A stretch of 20,455 nucleotides of DNA from Myxococcota bacterium (GCA_963676915.2 CAXXVK010000037.1:1-20455); one strand, 5' to 3'; positions 8,240 through 19,233 are shown, counted from the first letter of the stretch. The notes: generated by a model from the letters alone, not told the origin. Program-made: numbers and translations.

Positions 8240-10474
8240 TCAGTCTTCGGTAATCAAAATTCTCTGACCCACCCAAACGAACAGAATGTCGTTGACGTTT
8301 TCGAAACGGCGCAGGTGTTCGCCACTATCGTTTTCCAGTTTATGAAGCGAAAGTCCGGTAATCACCAGGTCGGCCATTTCCGAATGGGTATTGACGAGTC
8401 CCTCGAAATCCTCGTCACTCTTCATCGGGATACGTTCGATATTGTTTGGAGAAATGGGGAGTCTCCCCTTGGCGATGAGGTCGTTCAAATGTTGAACGCC
8501 CAGCTCCATGCGCTCTTCTTCGAAAGCCGCGAAAATCTTTATTTCCGCCTCGTCCCATTCGTGATGACCGGAAATGATGTACGCAAGCAGAATCATGAGG
8601 TTCGCGTTGCGATAATCTCCCGGCGTGAACCAGATATGAATGGTCCGTTTGTAGCCGAAATGCCGTTTCGAAGAACGAAGCACGCAGACGTTGAAACCGG
8701 CGACGGAAGCAAACATGGTACCGTCTACGATATCGCGAATGATCTTGTCGTCGTCGCCTTCGCTGTAATCGAAAAGAATGGTGTTGTTATCCATACCGGA
8801 AATACCCGGAATCTGCACGATCTGGGCAACAGCGGTTTTGAAACTGGGCGAGATGATCGTATCTACGTAAATACCCGCCCGACTCGCTTGACTTAACCCG
8901 ATCAAACGCTGCAACTGCTTTTTGGCGTTTTCGTTGTTGTCACGCGTCAACGGACCTTCGATGTAGTGGATATAACTACCGAAACCGTAATACTGAGAAA
9001 TCCAGCGCAGCAGGTCGAACACTCCCAGACGCTTGAACGACTGAGCAGAAATCGCAATCATCGACGGTCGCCAGTTCGCGGCATCGAGACCGGACTGTCG
9101 TTTCTGAAGAACCAGTTGCAGGTTGCGCACGATCTGAGACAGCACTCCGGCGAATAAAGAAGAAAGATCCCGTTCGTCCGTGAGGTTTTTCTTCATCCAC
9201 AGGTAAATCAGGGTCATGACGATCAACGCCAGCACCGAATACATCGGTTGCATCAAGTACATCATGACAAGGCAGGAAAGCGCTCCAATACCCGAAAGAT
9301 ACCATTTCGTACGAAATGTAGGCCGATAGCTGGGATTTCCGGCAAAATGCTGAAAAAAGCTGATAGCGCACAAGGAACCGTACGTGACCATAAAAAACAT
9401 ACTGATGATCTGGGCGACGAAATCGACGTTGCCCAACGAGACGAACAGCAGCGCAAGAGCCGAAGTAAACAACGTGGCGTTAACCGGCTCGTTCGCTTCC
9501 CCTTTGCTTTTGGAAATATAGGTATTTACGCGCTCGTTGCCGAAAGCCCGGTCCATCGCCAACGCCTGCAAAGTACGCGGGGCCACCAAAATGGAACCGA
9601 TCGCGGAAGATAACGTCGCCGCCCCCAACCCGATGTAAATAATCGGTCCCCATAGGGCAATATCGCTCATGATGAACTGATTCTCGGCCAGTTGCTCCGG
9701 TGTGGCACAACGCCCCAATTTCACGACGACAAGAAGGTACACGACCATACCTACGAGAGTTCCGGCCATGGTTCCCAATGGAATGGAACGACGAGGATTT
9801 TTCAAATCTCCCGACAATCCCACGCCTGCCGTCATTCCGGTAAATGCCGGAAAAACAATGGCGAACACAGTGAAGAAATCTTCGTGGTCCGCAATTTTAG
9901 CCATGATATTCATATCGGGTTGAGCGGTTACGGGATCGCCCATGAAAAACATACCGAGGGAAACCGCAAGAATGCCGGAGACGATCCAAAGCATCGACAC
10001 CCCGAGGTTCGCACCCTTGTAAAGAATCACCAGAATAAGAATCAATGTCGCAGGAATACCGATCATGCGGGGATCGGGAGTAAATCCGATGATTTGCTGT
10101 ATGGCGGGAAACAAGGGACGAAACGCCTCGGAAAAGGCGATCATGTAAAATGCCACCGAAACCGCTTGGGACAAATACAACGAAATCCCGATGGCGGCAC
10201 CGATTTTCAGACCGAATGACCGGCTGATGATATAGTATTCGCCTCCGCCTTCCACTTTCAGGTTCGTGGCGATTTCCGCCACCGCCAACCCCGTGGGAAT
10301 TGTAATCGCATGACCGATCAGCACGATGAGAAATGCGCCGAGTATCCCTACGTGTCCCACGGCATAGCCGAAACGCAGAAAGAGAATGGCTCCCAGTATC
10401 GTGCTGATGGCGGCTAAAAATACCGGTGCCGTACCGAATCCGTGACCTCGCACGGAACCGCTATCCGTTTGCAT
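8240..10474 (-). CDS. APC-superfamily permease, cation-chloride cotransporter (SLC12)-like
   Basis: FGTAPVF...ILGAILFLRFG, GGEYYIISRSFG..IG.AIG, FAIVFPAFTGMTAGVGLSGDLKNP..SIP.GT, SYRPTF, NWRP plus a cytoplasmic C-terminal domain. GGAGG RBS. Confidence 0.85.
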   Translation of the reverse strand: MQTDSGSVRGHGFGTAPVFLAAISTILGAILFLRFGYAVGHVGILGAFLIVLIGHAITIPTGLAVAEIATNLKVEGGGEYYIISRSFGLKIGAAIGISLYLSQAVSVAFYMIAFSEAFRPLFPAIQQIIGFTPDPRMIGIPATLILILVILYKGANLGVSMLWIVSGILAVSLGMFFMGDPVTAQPDMNIMAKIADHEDFFTVFAIVFPAFTGMTAGVGLSGDLKNPRRSIPLGTMAGTLVGMVVYLLVVVKLGRCATPEQLAENQFIMSDIALWGPIIYIGLGAATLSSAIGSILVAPRTLQALAMDRAFGNERVNTYISKSKGEANEPVNATLFTSALALLFVSLGNVDFVAQIISMFFMVTYGSLCAISFFQHFAGNPSYRPTFRTKWYLSGIGALSCLVMMYLMQPMYSVLALIVMTLIYLWMKKNLTDERDLSSLFAGVLSQIVRNLQLVLQKRQSGLDAANWRPSMIAISAQSFKRLGVFDLLRWISQYYGFGSYIHYIEGPLTRDNNENAKKQLQRLIGLSQASRAGIYVDTIISPSFKTAVAQIVQIPGISGMDNNTILFDYSEGDDDKIIRDIVDGTMFASVAGFNVCVLRSSKRHFGYKRTIHIWFTPGDYRNANLMILLAYIISGHHEWDEAEIKIFAAFEEERMELGVQHLNDLIAKGRLPISPNNIERIPMKSDEDFEGLVNTHSEMADLVITGLSLHKLENDSGEHLRRFENVNDILFVWVGQRILITED

Positions 10475-10559
10475 TTTATTCCTCCACTATCGAAAAAATT
10501 CGGCAGCAGGTCTCCCATACGAACTTTCTTTCCGATCCGCCAGAAAAAATACCTTCCCT

Positions 10560-11878
10560 CACTGCTGTCCGGTTAATAATTGAATAATTCCAACTGGTTG
10601 CCGACACCTTTTTTGTGACTTGTGTAGTCCGGTGGCATTAGAGCCTGTAAAATAGGCTTCTTCTCGAACAAAGACACGCTCAAAATCTGTAGAATTGTGT
10701 AGAGGCTCAGATCGTCGAGGCCAAGTCGTTTCTTCAGTATTGCCACCAGCACATACACCGAAATCACGATCCAGATTTGCGTTTTGACCGCATTCTCGCT
10801 GGTTCCGAAGAATGCCTTGATTCGCAAATGTTGTTTGATCCACTTGAAAAACAATTCCACCCGCCAGCGGAGTTTGTAGAGCTTGGCTATATCCAGAGCG
10901 GCCAAGACAAAATTGTTCGTCAAAAAAACATAGCGCCCGTTTGTTTCCCGATCGACGAATTTCACCACTCGAAGTTTGTCCGGATAATCCTTTTTCGCGT
11001 AAAAGCCCGTCAGCACCACGGTCTGATCGCATCGCAAACCCGTGGCTTTGTCCACTTTTTGCGAATACAGACGACGGTACCTGGTGTTGTGCTTCGTTCG
11101 CGTGATGAAAAACGCTCCCTGCCGGTCCATCGTGAACAGTCGTTCGAAATCCAGATATCCACGATCCATGATGTAGAACGAACCCGCTTCTACCGGCAAC
11201 AGATCCAGCGCGTTTACATCGTGTACGTTGGCGGGAGTGACATGTACCCAGCAGGGAATGTCGCCTCGCAGATCCAACAGCGTGTGGGCTTTCACACCGC
11301 CTTTCGTTCGGCGAAACGTTGCCCATGGAAACAGCGACAGACAAAGATCGATGGTGGTGGAATCGAAAGCGTAGGCGGTTTCTTCCAGTTCCACACCGAA
11401 GGCGTCTCCGGCATACAGATTCCTCGCCTGACGAATCAAGACCATTGCGAAATCCATCCAGATGCGCCAGTCGCGCCGCTCGTTGGCATCGGCCAGTGTA
11501 CTTCGGGAGACTTTGCCGCGAATGCCCATGTGGTACAGCTTGGGCTGCATGGATCGCAGGCAGCATTCGATGTCTCGTAGACTTTCTCGATACGCGAGTT
11601 GGGCAAACGCCATGCACAGGAATTGGTCCATGCAGGAAAATCGTTTGACGTAACGTTCGCCCCGGTATCGTTTCACACAAGCGGCGAACGATTTGTACGG
11701 CAGAACCTCCATGACTTGTGAAAAAATGGTACGTCCAGAATTCATCGGCGGCCTCTCGGCAAATACCGAAAGTATGCCACCTGCCGAATTTCAAATCGTT
11801 CCCTTGCAAGTTTCCTCTATTCTTGCGTGATTCCAACAGGTTATCTCATGTCTCAGCAGTTTTTACCGGACAGCAGTG
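10560..11878 (-). mobile_element. Complete IS4-family insertion sequence (1319 bp)
   Basis: TIRs CACTGCTGTCCGGT (10560-10573) and ACCGGACAGCAGTG (11865-11878). 9-bp target duplication ACCTTCCCT at 10551-10559 and 11879-11887. Confidence 0.95.
10573..11745 (-). CDS. IS4-family DDE transposase with DUF4372-type N-terminus
   Basis: AFDSTTIDL, IMDRGY, YKLRWRVELFFKWIKQHL (YREK motif); 390 aa, uninterrupted. Confidence 0.95.
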   Translation of the reverse strand: MNSGRTIFSQVMEVLPYKSFAACVKRYRGERYVKRFSCMDQFLCMAFAQLAYRESLRDIECCLRSMQPKLYHMGIRGKVSRSTLADANERRDWRIWMDFAMVLIRQARNLYAGDAFGVELEETAYAFDSTTIDLCLSLFPWATFRRTKGGVKAHTLLDLRGDIPCWVHVTPANVHDVNALDLLPVEAGSFYIMDRGYLDFERLFTMDRQGAFFITRTKHNTRYRRLYSQKVDKATGLRCDQTVVLTGFYAKKDYPDKLRVVKFVDRETNGRYVFLTNNFVLAALDIAKLYKLRWRVELFFKWIKQHLRIKAFFGTSENAVKTQIWIVISVYVLVAILKKRLGLDDLSLYTILQILSVSLFEKKPILQALMPPDYTSHKKGVGNQLELFNY

Positions 11879-12219
11879 ACCTTCCCTACGAAAACGAAAT
11901 TTCCCCCATTGCTGTCGAACGATTCACACGTCAATTTCACCCAACAAAGAACCTTTTTCTAAATGTATCCGTGCCAGAATGAGAATGCAAAGACAAAAAC
12001 AATATGAGATAGAGGATTCGATCGCCCGAAACTAGAAGCATCCTGGAAATAGCGACCGAGGATTTCGAGGCAATTTCGAGACGGATTCGTTGTTGGCGAG
12101 ACGCGGAATACCGGGAGTCTTTCAAGTCGAGACCAGCGACGAAGTCGTCCGAAAGGGACCGAAAGGCGACAGGAGATATTTTTTAGGATGGCTTCTAACG
12201 AATCCTTTCGTTTTGGGAC

Positions 12220-12247
12220 TTGTCAAAAGGCCGGAATACCCTATAGT
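12220..12247 (+). promoter_or_regulatory. Putative sigma70 promoter for pgi
   Basis: TTGTCA (12220-12225), 16 bp, TATAGT (12242-12247), 45 nt before ATG 12293. Confidence 0.45.
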
Positions 12248-12292
12248 AAAAAAGAGATTCCGATAAGCTTTGCACAAACGAGGAGGGTGGCA

Positions 12293-13696
12293 ATGGCGGC
12301 GACGAAATCGTTGATTTTCGATGTGTCTACTTGTTTCGGTCGAGGTAAAATCACGAACAAGCAGGTGAAATCCCTGACAAAGAAGCTCCAAACCGCCAAA
12401 GATCGCGTCGAACGCGAGGTCAACGAGGGAGCCTTGGGATTTTGGAAAATTCCGCAAACACAGGCTCGCCCGGAAACACTCGACGCCATGGCCGGAATCG
12501 TCGCCTCGTGGCAGGGACGCTACGATACGCTGGTGGTCATCGGTATCGGCGGGAGCGCTCTTGGAACTCGCATGTTGCTTAACGCTCTAGGACATCGTTA
12601 CCATAACGAATTGCCCGCCGAGACCCGGAAGGGAATGAAAATCTACCTTCTGGAAAACGACGACCCCGAAAGCTTTGAAGCGCTGTGGTCGCTGATCGAT
12701 CCGTTGAAAACCGTGTTCAACGTGATTTCCAAATCCGGCACCACTGCCGAAACGGCTTCGCAGTTCGCCACGGTGCTACAGCGCATGAAAAAGCTGTACC
12801 CCAATAGCTGGTCGGAGCATTTCGTTTTCACCACCGACCCCGAAAAAGGTGTATTGCGCCCCTTTGGAGCCCAACACGGTATCCCCTGCCTGGACGTTCC
12901 CCCGGACGTAGGCGGGCGGTTCTCGGTGCTGACCCCTGTCGGACTTCTTCCGGCACTGGCGGCGGGATTCGACATCAAAAAGCTGCTCAAGGGAGCAGAG
13001 ATCATGTCACGGCGCATTCTCGAAGCGCCCGCCGAACGCAATCCGGCTCTGAATCTTGCAGGATTGCATTACCTCGCCGATCGGGAATTGAACAAAAACA
13101 TGGTCGTAGTCATGCCGTACGCCGATCGCCTGCGCGACTGGACGGAGTGGTTCTGTCAGTTGTGGGCTGAAAGCCTTGGAAAACGCACGGCGGAGGACGG
13201 CACCGAGGTCCATGCAGGGACGACGCCCATCAAAGCTCTCGGAGCCATCGATCAGCACTCGCAAATGCAACTTTATATGGAAGGACCGAACGACAAGTTT
13301 TTCGCGTTTCTGACCGTAGAATCGTTCGATCAAAAAGTACGCTTTCCCGGCAAAAAAATCCTGCCCGATGAATTGTCCTACCTGAGCGGACATACGATGC
13401 AGGAATTGATTCAAGCCGAGCAAAAAGCCAGTCGTTTCGCCCTGACTCGTCAAGGACGATTGAGCTACGAAATCCGGCTGCCTCGTCTAAACGCCGAAAC
13501 ACTGGGGCAACTCGTGTTCTGGGCGGAGGCGACAACCTGCTACGCCGGGTATTTATACGGAGTGAATCCTTTCGATCAACCTGGCGTGGAATTGGGCAAA
13601 AAGTTCGCTTATGGACTGATGGGGCGCGAAGGGTTCGATAAATTCAAGCAAAAAATTGACAAGGTTCCTTCTCCCAAGGAAGATCATTTGTTGTAA
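12293..13696 (+). CDS. pgi: Glucose-6-phosphate isomerase
   Basis: GIGGSALG, VISKSGTTAET, VGGRFSVLTPVGL, QLWAESLGK, DQHSQMQLY, NPFDQPGVELGK. ATG 12293 follows an AGGAGG RBS. Confidence 0.95.
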   Translation: MAATKSLIFDVSTCFGRGKITNKQVKSLTKKLQTAKDRVEREVNEGALGFWKIPQTQARPETLDAMAGIVASWQGRYDTLVVIGIGGSALGTRMLLNALGHRYHNELPAETRKGMKIYLLENDDPESFEALWSLIDPLKTVFNVISKSGTTAETASQFATVLQRMKKLYPNSWSEHFVFTTDPEKGVLRPFGAQHGIPCLDVPPDVGGRFSVLTPVGLLPALAAGFDIKKLLKGAEIMSRRILEAPAERNPALNLAGLHYLADRELNKNMVVVMPYADRLRDWTEWFCQLWAESLGKRTAEDGTEVHAGTTPIKALGAIDQHSQMQLYMEGPNDKFFAFLTVESFDQKVRFPGKKILPDELSYLSGHTMQELIQAEQKASRFALTRQGRLSYEIRLPRLNAETLGQLVFWAEATTCYAGYLYGVNPFDQPGVELGKKFAYGLMGREGFDKFKQKIDKVPSPKEDHLL

Positions 13697-13726
13697 AGAA
13701 CATCTTCGCAAAGGAAGGAACGAGTC

Positions 13727-14668
13727 ATGGGGAAGGATTCGCAGACTCGGTTTATCGTCAATCCCGCCGCAGCGAACGGACGTTGCGGAGTGACCTGGCC
13801 GGACAAAGCCCGAAAAATCGAACGAGCGTTGGGAGCTTGCGACTATGAATACACGGACGCCGCAGGCGATGCCGAACGTCTGACCCGAGCCGCATTGAAA
13901 AACGGGGTACGGCGAATCGTTGCCGTGGGTGGAGACGGCACGAACAACGAGGTTGTCAACGGCTTTTTCCAGGACGGCAAACCGGTGTGTCCCGAAGCGT
14001 CGTTCGGCTTCATTCCAGTGGGAACCGGTGGGGATTTTCGCAAAACCTTCGGCTGGACCAAGGAATTCTCCGACGCCCTGGCCCGTTTGGAGTCCGGCAA
14101 GACGAAAAAAATCGATCTCGGACACATGACCTGCATCGGTCCCGATGGCAACGAATTGGAGCGTTTTTTCATCAACATTACCAGTTTCGGCCTTGGCGGG
14201 CTGGTCGATCACTACTGCAACACCACCAGCAAGGCTCTGGGCGGCAAAGCCAGCTTCTTCATGGCCAGCCTTCGGGCGTTGATCAAATGGCGCAATACTC
14301 GGGTTCGACTCGTTCTGGATGGAAAAGAAACATTGGAACGAACGATTGCCAATGTCGTATTGGCCAACGGGCGGGTATTCGGTGGAGGGATGCGCGTAGC
14401 CCCACTGGCCGAGGTGGATGACGGCCGTTTCGACATGGTTATTTTGGGGGATCTCAGCCTACCCCAGTTCGTGGCGCTTTCCGGCAAGCTTTACAAAGGC
14501 GAGCATTTGTCGATGCCGAAAATCGAGTCGTTTTCGGCCTCGAAGGTCGAAGCCGAAGCGGTGAACTCCGAAGACACCGTGCTGATCGATATGGACGGCG
14601 AACAGCCCGGACGCCTGCCCGCTACGCTGAAAATCGTTCCGCAAGCCTTGAACCTTATAACAGGATAA
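13727..14668 (+). CDS. Diacylglycerol kinase family lipid kinase (YegS/Rv2252/BmrU)
   Basis: IVNPAA, AVGGDGTNNEVVNG, IPVGTGGDF, NGRVFGGGM..AP.A..DDG..D, DMDGE. Confidence 0.9.
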   Translation: MGKDSQTRFIVNPAAANGRCGVTWPDKARKIERALGACDYEYTDAAGDAERLTRAALKNGVRRIVAVGGDGTNNEVVNGFFQDGKPVCPEASFGFIPVGTGGDFRKTFGWTKEFSDALARLESGKTKKIDLGHMTCIGPDGNELERFFINITSFGLGGLVDHYCNTTSKALGGKASFFMASLRALIKWRNTRVRLVLDGKETLERTIANVVLANGRVFGGGMRVAPLAEVDDGRFDMVILGDLSLPQFVALSGKLYKGEHLSMPKIESFSASKVEAEAVNSEDTVLIDMDGEQPGRLPATLKIVPQALNLITG

Positions 14669-14713
14669 ACGTGCCTTTTGTTGGAACAGAGGCCGTAGCG
14701 ACTGTGATTGAAG

Positions 14714-15820
<1,107 letters not shown>

Positions 15821-15871
15821 CATTTTACCACAACAAACACCTGAAAACTGACACAATAAAGATCATACAAG

Positions 15872-15933
15872 GTCGGGCTAATTTTTAGCCCGACACCGTG
15901 GCATTGTCGGGCAAGAAATTTGCCCGACCTACG
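15872..15933. repeat. REP doublet family A, copy interrupted by IS110 (its GTAG foot is at 14695-14698)
   Basis: The reconstructed copy matches the reverse complement of 1855-1920 with 3 mismatches, all in the central spacer. Confidence 0.9.
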
Positions 15934-15967
15934 CGAGATGTTTTCGATACTTGATAGCGAATCGGTA

Positions 15968-18940
15968 TTACAAAACAATCACCGCTTCTCCGGCGCGCCC
16001 GTCGATGCGGATATCCAGGGGAGCATCCAAACGAACGTGCTTCAGGTATTCCGTGCTTTCTTCGGGGGTGCGCTCTTCCAGCCAATCCCATTGCAGGAAC
16101 GAATCCGAGTCGTACGGCACCGACAAGCAACCGATATTGAGCGAAGTAACGTTCTGGAAAAAATGCGTTCCCTGTGCCGGATCGACGTTAAAAGCTTTCA
16201 GTCCCGCTTCGACCAGCACTTTCACCCCGGAGATCTGCGACCAACGCACGCCGATTCCCATGGAAGGGTCCGTCGATCCCCAACGTCCGAAACCGATCAA
16301 CAGGTACGAACGCCCCGCCTCGACCAGCTTCCGGTTGAGTTGCCCGATTTCCTGAGCGATTTCTCGGGTCTTCGACGTTTCGAAGCGATCCGGTCTTACG
16401 TACACCACGTCCGTGATATCTCGAATCACCCCGTTTCCATGAGTCTGGTTCGAGTAACAAACGGCATTCGTTTTCTGTTCCGATTCGATGCGGATTTTCT
16501 CCCAGCGGCTTTTCGATGCCATCGGACGAAGTTGAAGAGGATAAACCACCGGCTTGCCTCCCGGATGGAGATCTACGGCAAATTCGATTTCAACCGGCGT
16601 TCGCATCGCCCGCTCGGAATGATGCAGCAGATGTCCGAGCAATTCTCCCAATCGCAGGTTCGGATCACGCAGGACTTTCATGAACGTCACGATACGCGGC
16701 CCCTCGTAGAAGAAGCTATCCACCAGCAGATCGCTTTCCCCTTGATAAACCGACGCAACATGCTGCAATACCCCATGTTTTTCGGCCCGTTCAAGGGGAA
16801 GATGCACGAGGTCGTCATCCTCGCCATGTTCCTGACAATCGTCGGTCGGATTCATACCCAACGCGTAAAAATGTTTCTGCGTGAAATACAACCAATCGCG
16901 GATTTTGGCGAACTGGGGCAAAACTTGCGGATATTTGGGACAAAAACGTACGATCGCACCGCCTTCGACAACGGTTTTCCCCAGTCCGAGCGCAATTTGC
17001 GCCACGCCATCTTCGGGTTTCATGTAGGAAACGGGATAAAAGTTATGCGACTGCGCCACCCCGGAGAAGGTGGGATAAAAGCAACCATCGCGATCGCTAC
17101 CGGCCAGCGTTTGAATCACCACGGCCATACGTTCGTCTTTCAAGCGATAGGCCGTCTGACGAAAATAGGCTTTCGGATCGTTGCCGAAGGTCGAAGCCCA
17201 AACCAGCTTGATGGCGCGCAAAAGCGCTTCCAATCGCTCCTCAATGTCTTCTTCGTTGTTCCGCAGCATGTAGGTCGAATACAAACCGGCTAGCGGGAAA
17301 TTCCGCGAATCCTCCATCATGCTCGACGAACGCACCGCCAACGGAGTACGAACGAATTGCAGATAGTGTCTTAGATCGTCGATCACTTCATCCTGAATCG
17401 GCAGGTCCAAAAAGCGGTTGCGGAGTTCTTCCTGGGGCGTGTTTTTATCGAGCGCAAAATCCCAAAGGTCGTGCTTGTCGATGAAATTCGTAAACTTGTC
17501 AGCGCACACAACAAGCGTGGGTGGGATCACGATATCGATATCGGGGAAATCCCTTCGGATTTCGAGCCTGGAGAGAAGATAGCGTAAAAAGCCGATTCCC
17601 CTCGCCTTTCCTCCTAACGAGCCGTTCCCCAGGCGCATAAACTGAAGTTCCAGCGGGTTTTTGCCTTGCGAATAATGGGTAATTACATCGCTTTGTTTTT
17701 CATACTGCACCGTTTCGATGATGTGTACGATGTACTGCCGGATCTCTTCGTCGTTCCGAAAATCCTCGACACGCGCCGGGTACAGACGCTCGGCAATGGA
17801 GATTTCGGTTCGGGCCATCATCCAGTGAGAGAAATCCTGGTGCCTGGCGTGGCGTATCACGCTATCGACGGGTACGGTTTTCAACGCCTCGACCAATTCC
17901 CGAGGAGTGGAAACGCGAAGAATTTCCTCGCCTTCCACGTCTCGAAAAACGAAATCCCCGAATCCCATCGAATCCATCAACCAACGCTCCAGCTCTTCCA
18001 GCAGGTGAATGGAGTTTTTATCCAGGAAATGGCTATCGAGCGCCTGGGCCTGGGGGCGGTTTTTTTCCGGCTCGGCTGATTGAATGCAGACCGGCAATTC
18101 GGGGATGCGGTCCCTGAGATGCCGGATCAACTCGAATCCGGCGTTGTCGTCGAAACCGCCTTCTCTTCTGAATCGAACGTCGGTTACAACACCTAACAGA
18201 TTGGAGCGATAGGCGTGATAATACTCCATGGCCTGCTCGTAACTGTCGGCAAGCAGGATCTTCGCTCGTGAGCGCATCCGAAGTTGTTTATGCAGATGGT
18301 TGAGACTGTCGTCCATCAGGTGACTGGTCAAACGCATGATGGCTGTATACATGATCGGCAGGAATGAGGAATAATGCGACACCGAATCCTCGACCAACAG
18401 AATGACGCGGACTTTTCCGGCCTCGGCATCGTGGGCGACGTTTAGGCGGTCCTCGTAGCTTTTGACGATGGCCAACAGCAACGCGGGATCGTTCTGCCAT
18501 AAAAATACGCCGTATTCGCCCGATTCCTGGCGGGACGGAAGATGCGCAAGCATGTCCGGGTCCGTCACGAGAAAAACGACCGGCAGGTCCGGGCGAACCT
18601 CGCGAGTACGCTCGGCCAGTTTCAGCGCCATTTCGCTTTCGTCGTGCAGAATGGTCAGAACGAGATCCACTCGTTCGCTTCGGATGATATCCAACGCCCC
18701 GTCGATAGAAGAAACCTTGCGAATACGAGGAACGGACGAAAGCCCGCGTTCCATGTACTGGTCCCACATTCGTTCTTCGAGACTGCCGTCCTCCTCCAGC
18801 ACGTATGCATCGTAGGTACTGGAAACCAATAAAATTTCACGCACGCGATGAGGCATCAGCGAACGAAAGGTATCGAAACGGTGCTTGAGTTCGTCGAGGT
18901 TCTGCATAGGATCTCTCTCATTCGGTACAAGATCGGTCAT
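15968..18940 (-). CDS. PEP-synthase/PPDK N-terminal (ATP-grasp) domain protein with N-terminal receiver-like domains
   Basis: GSLGGKARG, PLAVRSSSMMEDS....AGLYSTY, MAVVIQ, SGVAQS, LGLGKTVVEG, PVEIEFA, LQLRPM. N-terminal ILLVED...VVTD...QS...DK receiver motif. Confidence 0.85.
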   Translation of the reverse strand: MTDLVPNERDPMQNLDELKHRFDTFRSLMPHRVREILLVSSTYDAYVLEEDGSLEERMWDQYMERGLSSVPRIRKVSSIDGALDIIRSERVDLVLTILHDESEMALKLAERTREVRPDLPVVFLVTDPDMLAHLPSRQESGEYGVFLWQNDPALLLAIVKSYEDRLNVAHDAEAGKVRVILLVEDSVSHYSSFLPIMYTAIMRLTSHLMDDSLNHLHKQLRMRSRAKILLADSYEQAMEYYHAYRSNLLGVVTDVRFRREGGFDDNAGFELIRHLRDRIPELPVCIQSAEPEKNRPQAQALDSHFLDKNSIHLLEELERWLMDSMGFGDFVFRDVEGEEILRVSTPRELVEALKTVPVDSVIRHARHQDFSHWMMARTEISIAERLYPARVEDFRNDEEIRQYIVHIIETVQYEKQSDVITHYSQGKNPLELQFMRLGNGSLGGKARGIGFLRYLLSRLEIRRDFPDIDIVIPPTLVVCADKFTNFIDKHDLWDFALDKNTPQEELRNRFLDLPIQDEVIDDLRHYLQFVRTPLAVRSSSMMEDSRNFPLAGLYSTYMLRNNEEDIEERLEALLRAIKLVWASTFGNDPKAYFRQTAYRLKDERMAVVIQTLAGSDRDGCFYPTFSGVAQSHNFYPVSYMKPEDGVAQIALGLGKTVVEGGAIVRFCPKYPQVLPQFAKIRDWLYFTQKHFYALGMNPTDDCQEHGEDDDLVHLPLERAEKHGVLQHVASVYQGESDLLVDSFFYEGPRIVTFMKVLRDPNLRLGELLGHLLHHSERAMRTPVEIEFAVDLHPGGKPVVYPLQLRPMASKSRWEKIRIESEQKTNAVCYSNQTHGNGVIRDITDVVYVRPDRFETSKTREIAQEIGQLNRKLVEAGRSYLLIGFGRWGSTDPSMGIGVRWSQISGVKVLVEAGLKAFNVDPAQGTHFFQNVTSLNIGCLSVPYDSDSFLQWDWLEERTPEESTEYLKHVRLDAPLDIRIDGRAGEAVIVL

Positions 18941-19164
18941 GGCATCTATATACCATCACAAGAAGGCAAAGGTCGCGCCAAATGTTTCGGAAGAATTCGG
19001 ATTGGACCGAAAATGTACAAAAATTCACGGAATGGATCACCGAATGATCCTCCTTAATATCCCTTCCGGGTGGGGCGATTCTCTCCACCGGGGAAAAATA
19101 CCCCGGTTCGACCTGTACTTTGTGTCCATCTTCTTCGATCGTAAAAAACAAAAAAACGCTTTTT

Positions 19165-19177
19165 AATCAAAGATTTG
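19165..19177 (+). promoter_or_regulatory. IHF binding site
   Basis: AATCAAAGATTTG fits WATCAANNNNTTR exactly, with an upstream A-tract, about 40 bp before the sigma54 box. Confidence 0.65.
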
Positions 19178-19216
19178 TTGCTTTTTTAAAATATTGCATG
19201 TATCGCATGGGCCGCT

Positions 19217-19233
19217 TTGGCATGGCTCCTGCT
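19217..19233 (+). promoter_or_regulatory. Sigma54 (-24/-12) promoter
   Basis: TTGGCATGGCTCCTGCT: GG (19219-19220), N10, GC (19231-19232). Confidence 0.75.

Noticed and set aside
10559-11836. 425-aa ORF overlapping the IS4 transposase in another frame
   Set aside because: No motifs; the 390-aa frame holds all the DDE/YREK residues.
11888-12200. Long intergenic stretch as a possible sRNA or small ORF
   Set aside because: No convincing stem, RBS-ORF pair or known motif seen by eye; a covariance search would be needed to exclude it.
15920-17293. 457-aa plus-strand ORF
   Set aside because: Antisense shadow of the PPS-like gene, starting inside a REP, with no recognisable motifs.
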